A stretch of 64,000 nt of DNA from a bacterium (GTDB lineage Bacteria > Electryoneota > Electryoneia > Electryoneales > Electryoneaceae), in NCBI GenBank assembly GCA_963669175.1, contig OY769902.1:1743515-1807514 (forward strand), in the 5' to 3' direction. Made by a program: the position numbers and the translations under genes. Positions 40,415 through 51,416 of this stretch are shown piece by piece. The notes below the pieces were generated by a model that was given only the letters and a program-made list of their open reading frames with translations, was not told the origin of the DNA and made no database searches. Numbering within the stretch: the first letter of the stretch is position 1; every line of letters starts with the position of its first letter.

Positions 40415-40639
40415 TTGAAGAATGGAAATAGTGTCAGCCTGAATAATTCTCTTTCGGGAGAGAGTTTAGTTATGTCAAATACTAAGTTTTTGCAAAGCTA
40501 ACGCCTACCCGACTCATGGGAAGATTGTTATCAACAAAAAAATTGCAAGATCCTTTTGTACACTCCTATAGTCAGTTTACAATTACTGTTTTCCTGTTGC
40601 AAGTGAACATGCTTACAGACTGAATTATTGTCAATTACC

Positions 40640-41881
40640 TTAAATCGCCTCGCCAGCTCCAAGATAGAAACGTACCGGCCCCTCCGGCGCGTAACAGAAA
40701 TCAAGTCTGAACACCAGGTCCGGCGGGAGTACGGCATGAATCCCGATACCGAAACCGTGACGCGTCTCATGCCAGCCGCACTGCGGATCACCAATCACGC
40801 CTACGTCATAGAACGGCACAATCTCATAGTCCAGCAGTGAGGGGGGCAAAACATGCCACAGGTTGTGCAGGGGAACCCAGGGAAAGCCGGAATTGTGGGC
40901 GATGGTATGATAGTATTGTACTCGACCGGATAAATAGCGGCGTCCCCATTCACGCATGTAAGGCTGTCCACGGTGATTTCGGTCCCAGCCCAGGAATTGC
41001 TGCACGGGTTGCGGCGCTTCAAGCTGGAAAATGGTCCAGGCACGCAGGTAGAATCGGCTACGTTCGGTAACAGGTATCGCCCAGGCTATCTTCCCTTCGA
41101 AATCCATATCGAAACGAGGGACAGCGTAGGCGTCTCCATCGGTACGTCCCGCACGAACCGCCGATTCAAATACCCAGCCATCGGTGGGACGAACCGGGTT
41201 TGTGTTTGAGTAGCGGGCACGGAAACCGATCAGTTCCACATCCGCGTCTTCAAATCGTGCAAATGTACTGCGGGGGATATTTCTTCCATCGGTATAGAGC
41301 AGGGATTTTTTCGGATCGTTGGGATCACGCAGGTCACGCGCTTCCCTTGTGCGAACAAAGCGTACCAGCGTGGTCGGTCCTATTTCCCATCCGCTGTTTC
41401 CCATTTTTTTCAGTGCGGAGATGTTAAACTCGTATTGAGTCTGGAGCGCTCCGGCGAGAATTTGCGGATCATTATCGGATAACGTATAAATGTAGAGAAC
41501 TTTTTGTGCAATCCATGAAATATCCAGGATTCGCCAATTTTCGGTTTCAATTTCCATGGAGGAGATACCGCCTTCGAGCAACCCGCCCAAGGAGCCGTCT
41601 ATGAAGAAGAGTGAATAAAAACCTGGCTCTTTGGAAATACCGCCTCCAGCGCCCACGACCAGCCCTAAATCACTGTTGGCGAAGGCATAGGGCGCTCCCA
41701 GGAAACGGACTTTACCGGTTTCTTCTGTCGGATTTGCCTGTTCCACCAGCGTATCCAGCATCGTTACAGCCTGCTGAGGGGCGTCCTGTTGATCAGATTG
41801 GGCCACTGTTTGAGAGGAAGGGCTGAACCCGTTCGCGAGGGTAAGCGTAAATGCAAGAAAACCGATAACAAATAGCCTCAT
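40640..41881 (-). CDS. secreted Omp85-superfamily-like outer-membrane barrel protein (paralog 1)
   Basis: Signal peptide MRLFVIGFLAFTLTLANG. Shares colinear motifs with the divergent neighbour (RGQP...TIAH...FYDVG..GDP..GW...RHG.G.G....LPP.LV.R.D). LGG..LRG-type motif resembles Omp85 barrels. Confidence 0.45.
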   Translation of the reverse strand: MRLFVIGFLAFTLTLANGFSPSSQTVAQSDQQDAPQQAVTMLDTLVEQANPTEETGKVRFLGAPYAFANSDLGLVVGAGGGISKEPGFYSLFFIDGSLGGLLEGGISSMEIETENWRILDISWIAQKVLYIYTLSDNDPQILAGALQTQYEFNISALKKMGNSGWEIGPTTLVRFVRTREARDLRDPNDPKKSLLYTDGRNIPRSTFARFEDADVELIGFRARYSNTNPVRPTDGWVFESAVRAGRTDGDAYAVPRFDMDFEGKIAWAIPVTERSRFYLRAWTIFQLEAPQPVQQFLGWDRNHRGQPYMREWGRRYLSGRVQYYHTIAHNSGFPWVPLHNLWHVLPPSLLDYEIVPFYDVGVIGDPQCGWHETRHGFGIGIHAVLPPDLVFRLDFCYAPEGPVRFYLGAGEAI

Positions 41882-42030
41882 GATTTTCCCCGGTATATGG
41901 ATCTCTTTCGGACTTGAGAATTGTACCTGGTATAGCTGGAATGATTTTACTGCCGGGAGGTATGTTATGCAAATGCTGATACCACTATATTTATCGTTTC
42001 AGTAGCTTTTCTCTACACAGGCCTTTTTGC

Positions 42031-43179
42031 ATGCTGGGAATACACTTGCAAAGTCGTTTAACAACCGTTCCTTTACGCATCTCCCTGATTGCGTTCGCTC
42101 TCCTGTTCGCTGTACCCGGCCACGCACAGCTTCCCGGTAAAGGATTGGGCTATTTCGGCTGGAAAGTGATTGGTATTCCCTATGTATATGGCAATAGCGA
42201 TGACGGTCTGATCTTCGGGGTGTCAGCCGAAGCCACGTCACCGGGCGGCCAATACATGCAAGGGTATGTACAGGCTACATCTGGTGGGGCTCTCGCGGTC
42301 CGTGTAAAAGGTGAACTCCAATTCAGTTCTTTCCGGATTGTTGGTCGGGTGAAGGCGCAACAGGGAAATGAGTATCTCTACCCGACATCAGCAGTTGATC
42401 CCAAATGGATGGCCCGGGCGGATGTGTACCGTCTGGAAGCGCAGAGCGCCATGCTGTTCGAGGCGGCGTCACATCTTGAGATCGGACCTGATGTGGAAGT
42501 ATTGCTGACCGATGCAAAGAAACTGGAAGATCAAAATGAACAATCACTGCCCGACAATTCTATTGCACGATTTACACGCGGCTCTCATGCGCTGATCGGT
42601 GTGCGGCTGCGGTATCGTACGATGGACCCGATACGTCCGCTGCGTGGTTTTATGGTTGACGGCGCGTTTCGGATTGGCAGGCTGGGTGGTGCGACAGATA
42701 TCCGCTTTGATTATGCCTCCGAGGTTACTCTTGCCGGCGCCATCCCGATATGTTGTGACCTGCGCTGGTTTAATCGCATGTACGGCAAGCGCCAGATGGA
42801 AGCCACCCCTCCTATACAGACGGAACTGGGTGGTATCAAGACGCTACGGGGGCAGCCATCCGGACGAGACTATGGCAGGACTCAATTGGCCGGACGTTCG
42901 CAGGTCCATTGGACTATCGCGCATGGCTGGCGGGGCTTCTTTGGGACGCTTCATTCGATTATCCATGGCATCCCGGCATGGAAAGTCGATGTGGAAACCG
43001 TGGCGTTTTATGATGTGGGTATGACCGGTGATCCTACGTACGGCTGGCGGAAAATGAGGCATGGGGTGGGGGGCGGTTTCAGGATTGTCTTACCCCCGAC
43101 ACTGGTACTACGTGCGGATGTCGCGGTCTCACCCGGTGGAAGCCCGGCATTCTATATTGGTGTAGGTGAGGAATTGTAA
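42031..43179 (+). CDS. secreted Omp85-superfamily-like outer-membrane barrel protein (paralog 2)
   Basis: Signal peptide (LRISLIAFALLFAVPGHA). Motifs LGGIKTLRGQP, TIAHGWRG, FYDVGMTGDP. Clear paralog of 40640..41881. Confidence 0.45.
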   Translation: MLGIHLQSRLTTVPLRISLIAFALLFAVPGHAQLPGKGLGYFGWKVIGIPYVYGNSDDGLIFGVSAEATSPGGQYMQGYVQATSGGALAVRVKGELQFSSFRIVGRVKAQQGNEYLYPTSAVDPKWMARADVYRLEAQSAMLFEAASHLEIGPDVEVLLTDAKKLEDQNEQSLPDNSIARFTRGSHALIGVRLRYRTMDPIRPLRGFMVDGAFRIGRLGGATDIRFDYASEVTLAGAIPICCDLRWFNRMYGKRQMEATPPIQTELGGIKTLRGQPSGRDYGRTQLAGRSQVHWTIAHGWRGFFGTLHSIIHGIPAWKVDVETVAFYDVGMTGDPTYGWRKMRHGVGGGFRIVLPPTLVLRADVAVSPGGSPAFYIGVGEEL

Positions 43180-43185
43180 GCAACA

Positions 43186-44664
43186 TTGATATACTCGGTT
43201 TTGTTGAATTACTCAGGTCTTGCAAAAAGTAAAAGGCATGGTTCATTTTACAACCAAGAAGACGCCAAATCTCTTCAGTTGTAAAGGAGATAACCATGCC
43301 TGTCATAACATCGTCATTTTTTGAGTTACTTGCAAGTTTTCGTCCGGTGTTTCGGAAGCCTGTTTATGAGAATTTTGTACTGTTGGCTATCGGCGCTGTA
43401 TTGAATTTCGGTCGTCAGACAGTCTGTCAGTTATTACGTGTATTTCCCGGACCGGTAGCGAAGAGTTGGTCTTGTTATCACCATTTTCTTTCGTCTGCCA
43501 ACTGGTCCGCCCTGAAACTGGCAAAGATTCTCTGCTCTTTGATACTTGATCAGATTGCCGAACGTGATCCGATCCTTCTGATCGTGGATGATACCCTGAT
43601 CCGTCGTTGGGGAAAGCATGTTTACCAGATATCCGTTCACCGCGATCCCGTCCGTTCGGGCAAAGCAGGGACAAAAGTCGTTTATGCTCGCGGTCTTCAA
43701 TGGATGGTGATTTCGATTGGTTTGCGCACCCGTTATCGTTCGCAGATCTGGGCGCTTCCTGTATTCGTGTTTCCGGAGATCGCCAAAAAGCGTGTTCCGG
43801 AATCGAAGTACCGCAGTCCTGTACACCTGATCATTCTCGGGGCGCGTCTGCTGCTTCGATGGTTCCCGGACCGCCGTTTCCTTATCCTTGCCGACGGTAC
43901 GTTGAACTCCCACGAACTTCACCGTTTCGTGGCGAAAGAGAACCGTCTTGCTATCATCGGGCATTCGCGTATGGATACGGTGCTGCATGATCCGCCGCCT
44001 CCACCGAACGGGAAACGTGGACGTCCGCGCAAAGTCGGTGACCGTTTGCCCGCACCGGGACAAGAGGCGAAAAAGCCGGATGCTGCCTGGGAAAAAGCGT
44101 CTTGCCTCTGGTATGGGAACAAGACAAAAGACCTGTTGCTGCTTTCCGGTGTTGGCTGCTGGTACCGTTCCGGGGAAGATGTTGTCCTGATACGCTGGGT
44201 GGTGGCGCGTGATCCCGACGGCAAAAACAAGGACATTGTCTTATCTACATCCAAAACAGACTTAACCCCGGCCCAGGTTGTCAGCTCATATGTACGACGA
44301 TGGGCGTTGGAAACCACGTTTGAAGAGTCACGGAAACATCTGCGTATCGAAACGACAGAAAACTGGTCAAAAAAATCGATTCAAAGAACAGTGCCCCTGC
44401 TGTTTGGCTTGTTCAGTCTGATGGTTGTTTGGTATAGTCAGCAGCCAGAGCAGAAAGCTGTTGCGCAAACAGAGTGGTACACAAAACTGGAACCCAGTTT
44501 CTCAGACGTGCATCAGGCATTGCGTGCTGAATTGTGGATGCAGGCGATTTTTCCCGAATGCAAGCAGCCACGCGGATTCTTAAAAAAGAAAAGCAATATC
44601 CTTAAATTCCTTATTCACAAAGCCGCTTGATCCGCTAAAATGAGCAAAACCGAGTGATATAGTT
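43186..44664 (+). mobile_element. insertion sequence (IS4/IS701-superfamily), apparently intact
   Basis: Single transposase ORF flanked by imperfect terminal inverted repeats tgatatactcggttttg (43188..43204) and caaaaccgagtgatata (44646..44662), which share an 11-bp perfect core. Confidence 0.6.
43296..44630 (+). CDS. DDE transposase (IS4/IS701 superfamily)
   Basis: Candidate catalytic residues in LIVDDT and ILADG, and the Y-x2-R-x3-E-x6-K signature in YVRRWALETTFEESRKHL. 444 aa. Confidence 0.75.
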   Translation: MPVITSSFFELLASFRPVFRKPVYENFVLLAIGAVLNFGRQTVCQLLRVFPGPVAKSWSCYHHFLSSANWSALKLAKILCSLILDQIAERDPILLIVDDTLIRRWGKHVYQISVHRDPVRSGKAGTKVVYARGLQWMVISIGLRTRYRSQIWALPVFVFPEIAKKRVPESKYRSPVHLIILGARLLLRWFPDRRFLILADGTLNSHELHRFVAKENRLAIIGHSRMDTVLHDPPPPPNGKRGRPRKVGDRLPAPGQEAKKPDAAWEKASCLWYGNKTKDLLLLSGVGCWYRSGEDVVLIRWVVARDPDGKNKDIVLSTSKTDLTPAQVVSSYVRRWALETTFEESRKHLRIETTENWSKKSIQRTVPLLFGLFSLMVVWYSQQPEQKAVAQTEWYTKLEPSFSDVHQALRAELWMQAIFPECKQPRGFLKKKSNILKFLIHKAA

Positions 44665-44697
44665 GTTCTGTCATATGTTCATTTGCTGTATCAGTGC

Positions 44698-44962
44698 GAG
44701 ATCCACTGTATGGTTAATGGTTAGAGGAAAGGAAATGGAAAAAGGGGACTGCCTCCTTTCCCCGGGGTAAAGCCTTCCCGCTGTGAAAATGGACCGGGAA
44801 AGGTGGCTGTACCTTTTTTCTTGAGAACAGGCTGGAATTATACGGAAAAGGGGATAGCTTCCTTTCCCACGAGTTCAGCTAGCGTTTTTTGTGTGAGTGC
44901 GAGGAAAAGGATTCCGTCTCCTTTTCCCGACAATCTCATCACAACGGAATAAAATCGAGAAT
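44698..44962. repeat. repeat family B, copy 3
   Basis: Directly right of the IS. Aligned with copies at 14246 and 35414. Confidence 0.6.
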
Positions 44963-45051
44963 CATTATATTCCACTACGAACCCTAAGATATTGAGTGGC
45001 GGCTGTTTAAGGCATTACAACAGAAACAACAAACCATAAAGCAACACTACC

Positions 45052-46101
45052 ATGCGCTTACGCATCAACCTTGGCTACGACGGGACAGATTTTAAAGGCT
45101 GGCAACTTCAGCCCGGGGATACCCGTACGGTCCAGGGGGAGCTGGAAAAAACCATTGGCCAATTGTTCGGCAATGTGCGTCGCTTGCGTGTCATTGTCGC
45201 TGGACGTACTGATGCCGGGGTTCATGCAGCCGGACAGGTTTGCCACGTGGATACGCCGGAGAACCTGGAAGTCGAGGAAATCGAGAAAGGACTACGCGCC
45301 TTGCTGCCGGGCGATGTACAGATCTGGCGCGTACGAAGAACCTTTAACCATTTCCACGCCCGTTACTGGGCACGGGAACGAGTTTACGTATACCGCATCC
45401 TGAAGAAACCGGACGTTTTTCTGCAACGGTTCGGCTGGTGTCCTGAAATGAAGTTTGATCCCGCCCGCGCTGCGGAGCTGACCGATGTTTTCCTGGGCCG
45501 TTATAACTTCAAACCCTTTACCACCAAGCTGCACAAGGGTGATGATCCAATCTGTGAAGTAAAAGAGGTTAACTTCATTGAGACGCCGGACTGCTGGCTG
45601 TTCCAGGTACGCGCCGACCGTTTCCTGCGCAGGATGGTACGCGCACTGGTCAGTACGCTTGTCTACATGGCGGCGGAAAAACTGGACCCGGACGAGGTTC
45701 GCGAAGTGATTACTTCTGGGATAATGACCAAGGAAGCATGGGAACGCTATAAGCGTGAACATCCGCTGATTCAATACAAAAATGAAGACAAGCCTGATAC
45801 GAATAGTGAGGGAGAGGCTGGAACTACTGTTTCAGGCGTGAGTTCCACAGATATAATTAAAAGCGATTATGAACCGGCAGGCGGTCAGGCACGCTATATA
45901 CCCGAGGAAAATGAGGATAATACTGGACAAAAGAGTATACATGGCGACAATTTAATTGAAGTAGCCAATAATAACAAAGGGTTAAGTCGGCCTGTTGCAC
46001 CGCCTGCGCCTCCGCAAGGGCTGGCATTGGTACGGGTCCGTTACGATATTGACGACGAGTTTGATACACATTCCTTTTCAACTTGGAGAATACCTTCATG
46101 A
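45052..46101 (+). CDS. truA: tRNA pseudouridine(38-40) synthase with about 100-aa C-terminal extension
   Basis: N-terminal [18 protein letters not shown] and catalytic-Asp region RTDAGVHA. The C-terminal roughly 100 residues are low-complexity (E/N/G/P-rich) and lie outside the core TruA fold. Confidence 0.8.
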   Translation: MRLRINLGYDGTDFKGWQLQPGDTRTVQGELEKTIGQLFGNVRRLRVIVAGRTDAGVHAAGQVCHVDTPENLEVEEIEKGLRALLPGDVQIWRVRRTFNHFHARYWARERVYVYRILKKPDVFLQRFGWCPEMKFDPARAAELTDVFLGRYNFKPFTTKLHKGDDPICEVKEVNFIETPDCWLFQVRADRFLRRMVRALVSTLVYMAAEKLDPDEVREVITSGIMTKEAWERYKREHPLIQYKNEDKPDTNSEGEAGTTVSGVSSTDIIKSDYEPAGGQARYIPEENEDNTGQKSIHGDNLIEVANNNKGLSRPVAPPAPPQGLALVRVRYDIDDEFDTHSFSTWRIPS

Positions 46102-46745
46102 AGCTGTTCATCGATACCGCGGACATAGAAGAGATCCGGCAAGCTGCGGATATGGGCGTCATAGACGGCGTTACCACAAATCCTTCCCTTATCGCCAAGA
46201 CCGGAAAGCCCTTCCGGCAGGTACTGGATGAGATCGTTGCCATCATTGACGGCCCGATTTCAGCGGAAGTGGTTGCGCTGGATGCGGAAGGCATGATCAG
46301 AGAAGGCAAGGAGCTGGCAGAGATTCACAGCAATATTGTGATCAAGGTGCCGTTGACGGTTGACGGACTGAAAGCCTGTAAAGCCCTTTCCGACGAAGGC
46401 ATTGCCGTGAACCAGACACTGTGCTTCTCGCCGATGCAGGCGCTCCTGTCGGCCAAGGCCGGCGCTGCCTATATCAGCCCGTTCGTCGGTCGCCTCGATG
46501 ATATCGCGCATGATGGCATGGAATTGATTCGCCAGATTGTTGAGATCTACGGGAACTACGGATTTGGCACGGAAGTACTGGTAGCAAGTGTTCGCAACCC
46601 GATTCACCTGCTGGAGTCGGCATTGATCGGGGCGGATGTCGCCACAGTACCGTTTAAGGTTATCAAGCAGTTGGCCAAGCATCCGTTGACGGATATTGGT
46701 TTGGAGAATTTCCTCAAGGACTGGGAGAACGTACCGAAGTCATGA
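46098..46745 (+). CDS. tal: transaldolase / fructose-6-phosphate aldolase (short, FSA/TalC-type)
   Basis: [13 protein letters not shown] start, Schiff-base lysine region NIVIKVP, about 215 aa. ATGA overlap with the truA stop. Confidence 0.85.
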   Translation: MKLFIDTADIEEIRQAADMGVIDGVTTNPSLIAKTGKPFRQVLDEIVAIIDGPISAEVVALDAEGMIREGKELAEIHSNIVIKVPLTVDGLKACKALSDEGIAVNQTLCFSPMQALLSAKAGAAYISPFVGRLDDIAHDGMELIRQIVEIYGNYGFGTEVLVASVRNPIHLLESALIGADVATVPFKVIKQLAKHPLTDIGLENFLKDWENVPKS

Positions 46746-48004
46746 GGCGTTTCCTGCTGTGGTTTGTCGTTGGGCTCTTGATAGGCGCCGGGGGAGCGGC
46801 CGGGTATCACTACCTGTTGCAAGCTCCGGCACCGGTTGAGCAGGCCCAATCGGCGCGGGGGAGTGAGTCTGATACGGAAGAGGAGGCGATCTGGCCTCCT
46901 CCGCCCGTTTTGGCGGACTCTGCCAGTTACCCACGCAGGGGAGAATTGAGTTCGGAAGTCGCTACTGAACGTCAAACAGCGATAACACGTGCGATAGAAA
47001 AAGGCTCGCCTGCTGTCGTGGGCATCCTGGTCACCCAGCTACGCCGTTATCGTCGTAACAGCAATCCCTGGTTTCGTGATCCTTTCTTCGACTATTTCTA
47101 TGGCTCTCAGCAACAACAGCAGCAGGCGATCCAGGAATTCGGGTCCGGGTTTATCATGACGCCCGATGGGTATGTAGTAACCAATGAACACGTTGTCCAT
47201 AACGCTGCCGACATTAAAGTCCAGATGGCAGAGGGCAAGGAATACGAAGCGGAAATTATCGGAACTGATTTTGACTCCGATCTTGCCCTGTTGAAGATCA
47301 AGACGGAAGAAGAAGTCGCGTTTCCCTGGATTCCGATTTGTCCCTCGGATGAAGTCATCGTAGGCGAGTGGGCCATAGCAATCGGGAATCCGTTCGGGTT
47401 GTTCCAGCTAAGTTCGCAACCTTCCGTGTCGGTTGGCGTTGTATCGGCATCGGGTCTGAGTTGGCAGCGAAAAAGTGATGGACGTCTTTACAGTGACATG
47501 ATTCAGACGGATGCAGCGATCAACCCGGGTAATTCGGGTGGACCGCTGCTGAACGCCATGGGGCACGTCATTGGTGTGAACACCTTTATCTATACTCCGG
47601 GCGGATCGGGTGGCTCGGTAGGGGTTGGTTTCGCTATTCCGGCGCGTACCCTGCGTGAACGTATCGCACAATTGAAGCAGCGTGAGGGTGCGGCCAGCGA
47701 TTTCTGGACCGGGTTGACGGTTCAGAAAATTGATCCCTGGATGGCACGGATGTATGGTTTCCCGGTGGCGCGTGGAGCGTTGGTTGCGGAAGTGGAAGAG
47801 AACAGCCCCGGCAGTCATGCCGGCATCAAGTCCGGTGATATCCTGGTTGAGATTGAACAAATTCCAGTCACCAACGCCGATGCCATACTTCAGTATTTTA
47901 AGAACCATGACATGCGTGTAGGCGACAAACTGCATCTGAAACTCATTCGTAACGGCCAGGAAAAGGATGTAGTGATGATTTTGGAGGCGATACCCCGTGA
48001 TTGA
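46742..48004 (+). CDS. HtrA/DegP-family serine protease (trypsin-like domain plus PDZ)
   Basis: N-terminal TM anchor. Catalytic-triad regions ([24 protein letters not shown]). C-terminal PDZ-like segment. Confidence 0.8.
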   Translation: MRRFLLWFVVGLLIGAGGAAGYHYLLQAPAPVEQAQSARGSESDTEEEAIWPPPPVLADSASYPRRGELSSEVATERQTAITRAIEKGSPAVVGILVTQLRRYRRNSNPWFRDPFFDYFYGSQQQQQQAIQEFGSGFIMTPDGYVVTNEHVVHNAADIKVQMAEGKEYEAEIIGTDFDSDLALLKIKTEEEVAFPWIPICPSDEVIVGEWAIAIGNPFGLFQLSSQPSVSVGVVSASGLSWQRKSDGRLYSDMIQTDAAINPGNSGGPLLNAMGHVIGVNTFIYTPGGSGGSVGVGFAIPARTLRERIAQLKQREGAASDFWTGLTVQKIDPWMARMYGFPVARGALVAEVEENSPGSHAGIKSGDILVEIEQIPVTNADAILQYFKNHDMRVGDKLHLKLIRNGQEKDVVMILEAIPRD

Positions 48005-49295
48005 ACGATATACACGACCGAAGATTGGCGCCATCTGGACAGATGAAGCCAGGTTCAGAACATGGCTGCAGGTTGAGCTTGCAGTATGCAAATCCTGGGC
48101 AAAACGTGGCAGGATTCCGGAAGAAGCGTTGAATACCATTCTTGACAAGGCGGATTTCGATACTGAAGAGATCCTGACCATTGAAAAGACGGTACGACAT
48201 GATGTAATCGCGTTTCTGACCAGTGTAGCGCGTCATGTCGGCGCGGATTCGCGATATATCCACCTGGGCATGACCTCTTCGGACATGCTGGATACTGCTT
48301 TGGCGCTGCAACTGAAGCAGGTTGCGCCCTTGCTCCTGGATGGCTGCGAACGGCTCAAAAATGCGCTGAAAGAGAAAGCGCTGAAGTATCGTCGTTTGCC
48401 TGCAATCGGACGTACGCATGGTGTCCATGCCGAGCCGGTGGCGTTCGGATTGCGATTTGCGCGTTTCTACGAGCAGATGGACCGCGCGTCCAAACAGCTT
48501 GAGCAGGCGTTTGATTCCGCATGTGTGGGGAAGCTGTCCGGTGCGGTCGGCTGTTATGTTCACCTCGATCCGGAGATGGAAGAAGAGGTGATGGACAGGC
48601 TGGGAATCGGAGTCGCACCCATCTCCAGCCAGATCGTTTCCCGTGACCGAATTGCCTCACTCCTCGCTGCTATTGCTCTGGTCGGAGCGGTAATGGAAGG
48701 AATTGCTCTGGAGGTACGTCACCTGCAACGGACCGAAGTTGGCGAAGCTCGTGAAGGCTTCCGAGTGGGGCAAAAAGGAAGTTCGGCAATGCCGCATAAG
48801 CGCAACCCCATTGACTCGGAGAAGATTTGCGGCATGGCCCGACTGCTGCGTGGAAACATGCATGCAGCGTATGAAAATGTCGCTCTGTGGCACGAGCGCG
48901 ACATTTCGCATTCTTCTGTAGAACGTGTTATCTTGCCCGACAGCACGATTGCGCTTTCATATTTATTGCATCTTACTTCGGATGTTGTCGAGAACCTGTA
49001 TGTCGAGGAAGCCAACATTGAACGCAACCTCGGCATTACCGGCGGAGCAGTATTCTCGGAGGGGCTGCTCCTCGAGTTGGTGCAGACAGGCATGACTCGT
49101 GAAAATGCCTACGCAATTGTGCAACGTGTAGCACACGGCGCGATGGAGAAAAAAGTCGGGTTTGAAGAAGCGGCGCTGGATACACCGGAATTGAAAGAAA
49201 AGCTGGATGAAGCCACCATTCGCTCTGCGTTTGATTTGAATCATATTTTACGGAACGTGGACTTTATCTATCGTAGACTGGGCCTGGACGAGTGA
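47997..49295 (+). CDS. purB: adenylosuccinate lyase
   Basis: MIERYTRP start, fumarase/aspartase-family signature GSSAMPHKRNP, length about 430 aa. Confidence 0.9.
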   Translation: MIERYTRPKIGAIWTDEARFRTWLQVELAVCKSWAKRGRIPEEALNTILDKADFDTEEILTIEKTVRHDVIAFLTSVARHVGADSRYIHLGMTSSDMLDTALALQLKQVAPLLLDGCERLKNALKEKALKYRRLPAIGRTHGVHAEPVAFGLRFARFYEQMDRASKQLEQAFDSACVGKLSGAVGCYVHLDPEMEEEVMDRLGIGVAPISSQIVSRDRIASLLAAIALVGAVMEGIALEVRHLQRTEVGEAREGFRVGQKGSSAMPHKRNPIDSEKICGMARLLRGNMHAAYENVALWHERDISHSSVERVILPDSTIALSYLLHLTSDVVENLYVEEANIERNLGITGGAVFSEGLLLELVQTGMTRENAYAIVQRVAHGAMEKKVGFEEAALDTPELKEKLDEATIRSAFDLNHILRNVDFIYRRLGLDE

Positions 49296-49329
49296 ACTGA
49301 CCAGCCCTACGGACCAAGGAGACTTCTGC

Positions 49330-50040
49330 ATGGAAAAGAAGGACCTGCTCTACGAAGGCAAAGCAAAACAACTGTTCATGACGGATGATACAGATCTGCT
49401 CATCCAGGTCTTTAAAGATGAGCTATCAGCCTTCAATGGGACGAAAAAAGGGGAGTTTGAAGGTAAGGGCGCTATCTGTAACGGGATATCCACTTACCTG
49501 TTCGAATACCTGGAAAACTATCACGTTCCTACCCATTTTGCAAAAAAATTCTCCGCTACGGAGATGGTTGTAAAACGGCTGGAAATGATCCCGATTGAAG
49601 TCGTTGTCCGCAATATTGCCACCGCGAACCTCGCCAAGACGTACAACCTGGAAGAGGGCGCGGTGCTTGAATATCCGATCATCGAGTATTTCCTGAAGAA
49701 TGACCGTCTGGGCGACCCGATGATCAATGAGCATCATGCGTTTGCCATGGGGTACGCCACTCCGGAAGAAATGCGCCTGATTTCACGGGTTGTCTCCAAG
49801 GTGAACGCCATCCTGAAATCGTTCTTTGATCGCAGGAGCCTGCTGCTGGTGGACTTCAAGCTGGAGTTCGGCAAGCACGGCAAACATCTGCTGATCGGCG
49901 ACGAGATTTCGCCGGATACCTGCCGTATCTGGGACAAGAAGACAAGTAAAAAGATGGATAAAGACCGGTTCCGCTTCGATATGGGTGGGGTGGACAAGGT
50001 TTACCAGGAACTATTGGACCGCATCATAAGCGTGGGTTGA
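49330..50040 (+). CDS. purC: phosphoribosylaminoimidazole-succinocarboxamide synthase (SAICAR synthetase)
   Basis: LLYEGKAKQLF N-terminus and conserved LIGDEISPDTCRIWD region. 236 aa. Confidence 0.9.
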   Translation: MEKKDLLYEGKAKQLFMTDDTDLLIQVFKDELSAFNGTKKGEFEGKGAICNGISTYLFEYLENYHVPTHFAKKFSATEMVVKRLEMIPIEVVVRNIATANLAKTYNLEEGAVLEYPIIEYFLKNDRLGDPMINEHHAFAMGYATPEEMRLISRVVSKVNAILKSFFDRRSLLLVDFKLEFGKHGKHLLIGDEISPDTCRIWDKKTSKKMDKDRFRFDMGGVDKVYQELLDRIISVG

Positions 50041-50041
50041 C

Positions 50042-50716
50042 ATGTTTGCTCCTGAAGGACTCTGGTTTATCCTTGCGCCGGCAATTGCGCTTGTGCTGTT
50101 CGCCGCAATTGCTTTTTGGCGGAAAAGGAACGGTTTATGGAAGGGCCTTGCGGCCTTTTTTCTCTTGTTGACACTGTTTATGCTGTTCTTCTTCCGTGAT
50201 CCCAGCCGGGATTTGCCGGATGAAACAGCAATTGTGTCACCGGCTGATGGGACTGTCCTGTCCATTCGTCGCCTGGCTGACGGGCAGATGAATATCGCCA
50301 TCTTCCTGTCACTGATGAATGTTCATCAGATTCGCACCCCTGTTTCCGGGAAAGTTGTCTCCGCAGAATACATTCCCGGGAAGTATCATCGTGCGGATCA
50401 GGCCGTTGCGGGCGTGGAAAACGAGCATGTCAAGTTCATGACAGATTCACCGCACGGGATGATTGAAACCCGGGTATATGCCGGGAAAGTCGCTCGCAGA
50501 ATCGTCTGTCCTATCAAAGAAGGCGACGAAATAAAGGCTGGCCAGCGAATTGGTTTTATCCGGTTCGGATCACGTGCGGAAGTGACACTCCCACCGAAAA
50601 GTGATATCCGTGTTGTTGTTGATCAGCGGATTACCGGTGGCGAGACCATACTGGCGGTTGTACCGGAACCGGATGAGTCGGATTCGTTGACAGTGGAGGC
50701 GGACAGTGCTCCGTAG
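50042..50716 (+). CDS. psd: phosphatidylserine decarboxylase-family proenzyme (short archaeal/bacterial type)
   Basis: N-terminal TM helix. Candidate self-cleavage motif FGSR. About 220 aa. Immediately followed by a CDP-alcohol phosphatidyltransferase gene. Confidence 0.7.
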   Translation: MFAPEGLWFILAPAIALVLFAAIAFWRKRNGLWKGLAAFFLLLTLFMLFFFRDPSRDLPDETAIVSPADGTVLSIRRLADGQMNIAIFLSLMNVHQIRTPVSGKVVSAEYIPGKYHRADQAVAGVENEHVKFMTDSPHGMIETRVYAGKVARRIVCPIKEGDEIKAGQRIGFIRFGSRAEVTLPPKSDIRVVVDQRITGGETILAVVPEPDESDSLTVEADSAP

Positions 50717-51395
50717 GGTTATCCCGACCCTTTTAACGGCATCCAATGCAGGATGTGGTATTGCAGCCATGTTCCTGATTCTGCAGGGACATACGTTCTG
50801 GCCGGGTTTTCTGCTTCTGTTTGCAGCTTTCCTGGATGGAATAGATGGGACTGTTGCTCGCCGCCTTGGAGTCGCAGGTAGTACCGGGGCCGGTCTGGAT
50901 ACCATAGCCGACCTGATTTCTTTCGGCGCTGCGCCTGCCGTGCTGGTCGCTTTTGTGGCAAAAGGTCCGTACGGTCTCGCGGCTGGGTTGTTCTATGGTG
51001 TTATGATTGTAGCGCGTCTTATCAGGTATCACATGATTCATATGCCCCCGGGAGTATTCATGGGATTACCGGCGCCGATAGCGGCGATGCCGGTAATGGC
51101 GGTTGCCATGATGTCGCTTCAGACGTCCGGACCTCCAGTATGGCCCATTATCGCTGCAGTGCTTTCAGGACTGTTTGCCATGCTTCCTGTCTCTTTCCCG
51201 GCGTGGCGGCATCCATCCATTCTGGGACTGCCTGCTTTTGTGAAGTTCGGGTTTTTGATTGTTGGAATTGGAGCGTTACCATTTGTTTTCGAAGAGTCTG
51301 TGTTGACCTGTCACTTGATTTATATTGTATTCTCACCCATGCTTCTGACACGCTATGAAACATTGCTCAATGATGAGCATAAGGAAGAGGTGTAA
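50706..51395 (+). CDS. pssA: CDP-alcohol phosphatidyltransferase (probable phosphatidylserine synthase)
   Basis: D-G-x2-A-R-x8-G-x3-D-x3-D motif (DGIDGTVARRLGVAGSTGAGLDTIAD). Polytopic membrane protein. The pssA call rests on adjacency to psd. Confidence 0.65.
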   Translation: MLRRVIPTLLTASNAGCGIAAMFLILQGHTFWPGFLLLFAAFLDGIDGTVARRLGVAGSTGAGLDTIADLISFGAAPAVLVAFVAKGPYGLAAGLFYGVMIVARLIRYHMIHMPPGVFMGLPAPIAAMPVMAVAMMSLQTSGPPVWPIIAAVLSGLFAMLPVSFPAWRHPSILGLPAFVKFGFLIVGIGALPFVFEESVLTCHLIYIVFSPMLLTRYETLLNDEHKEEV

Positions 51396-51416
51396 CTGCA
51401 CGATATCGCGTGTACC

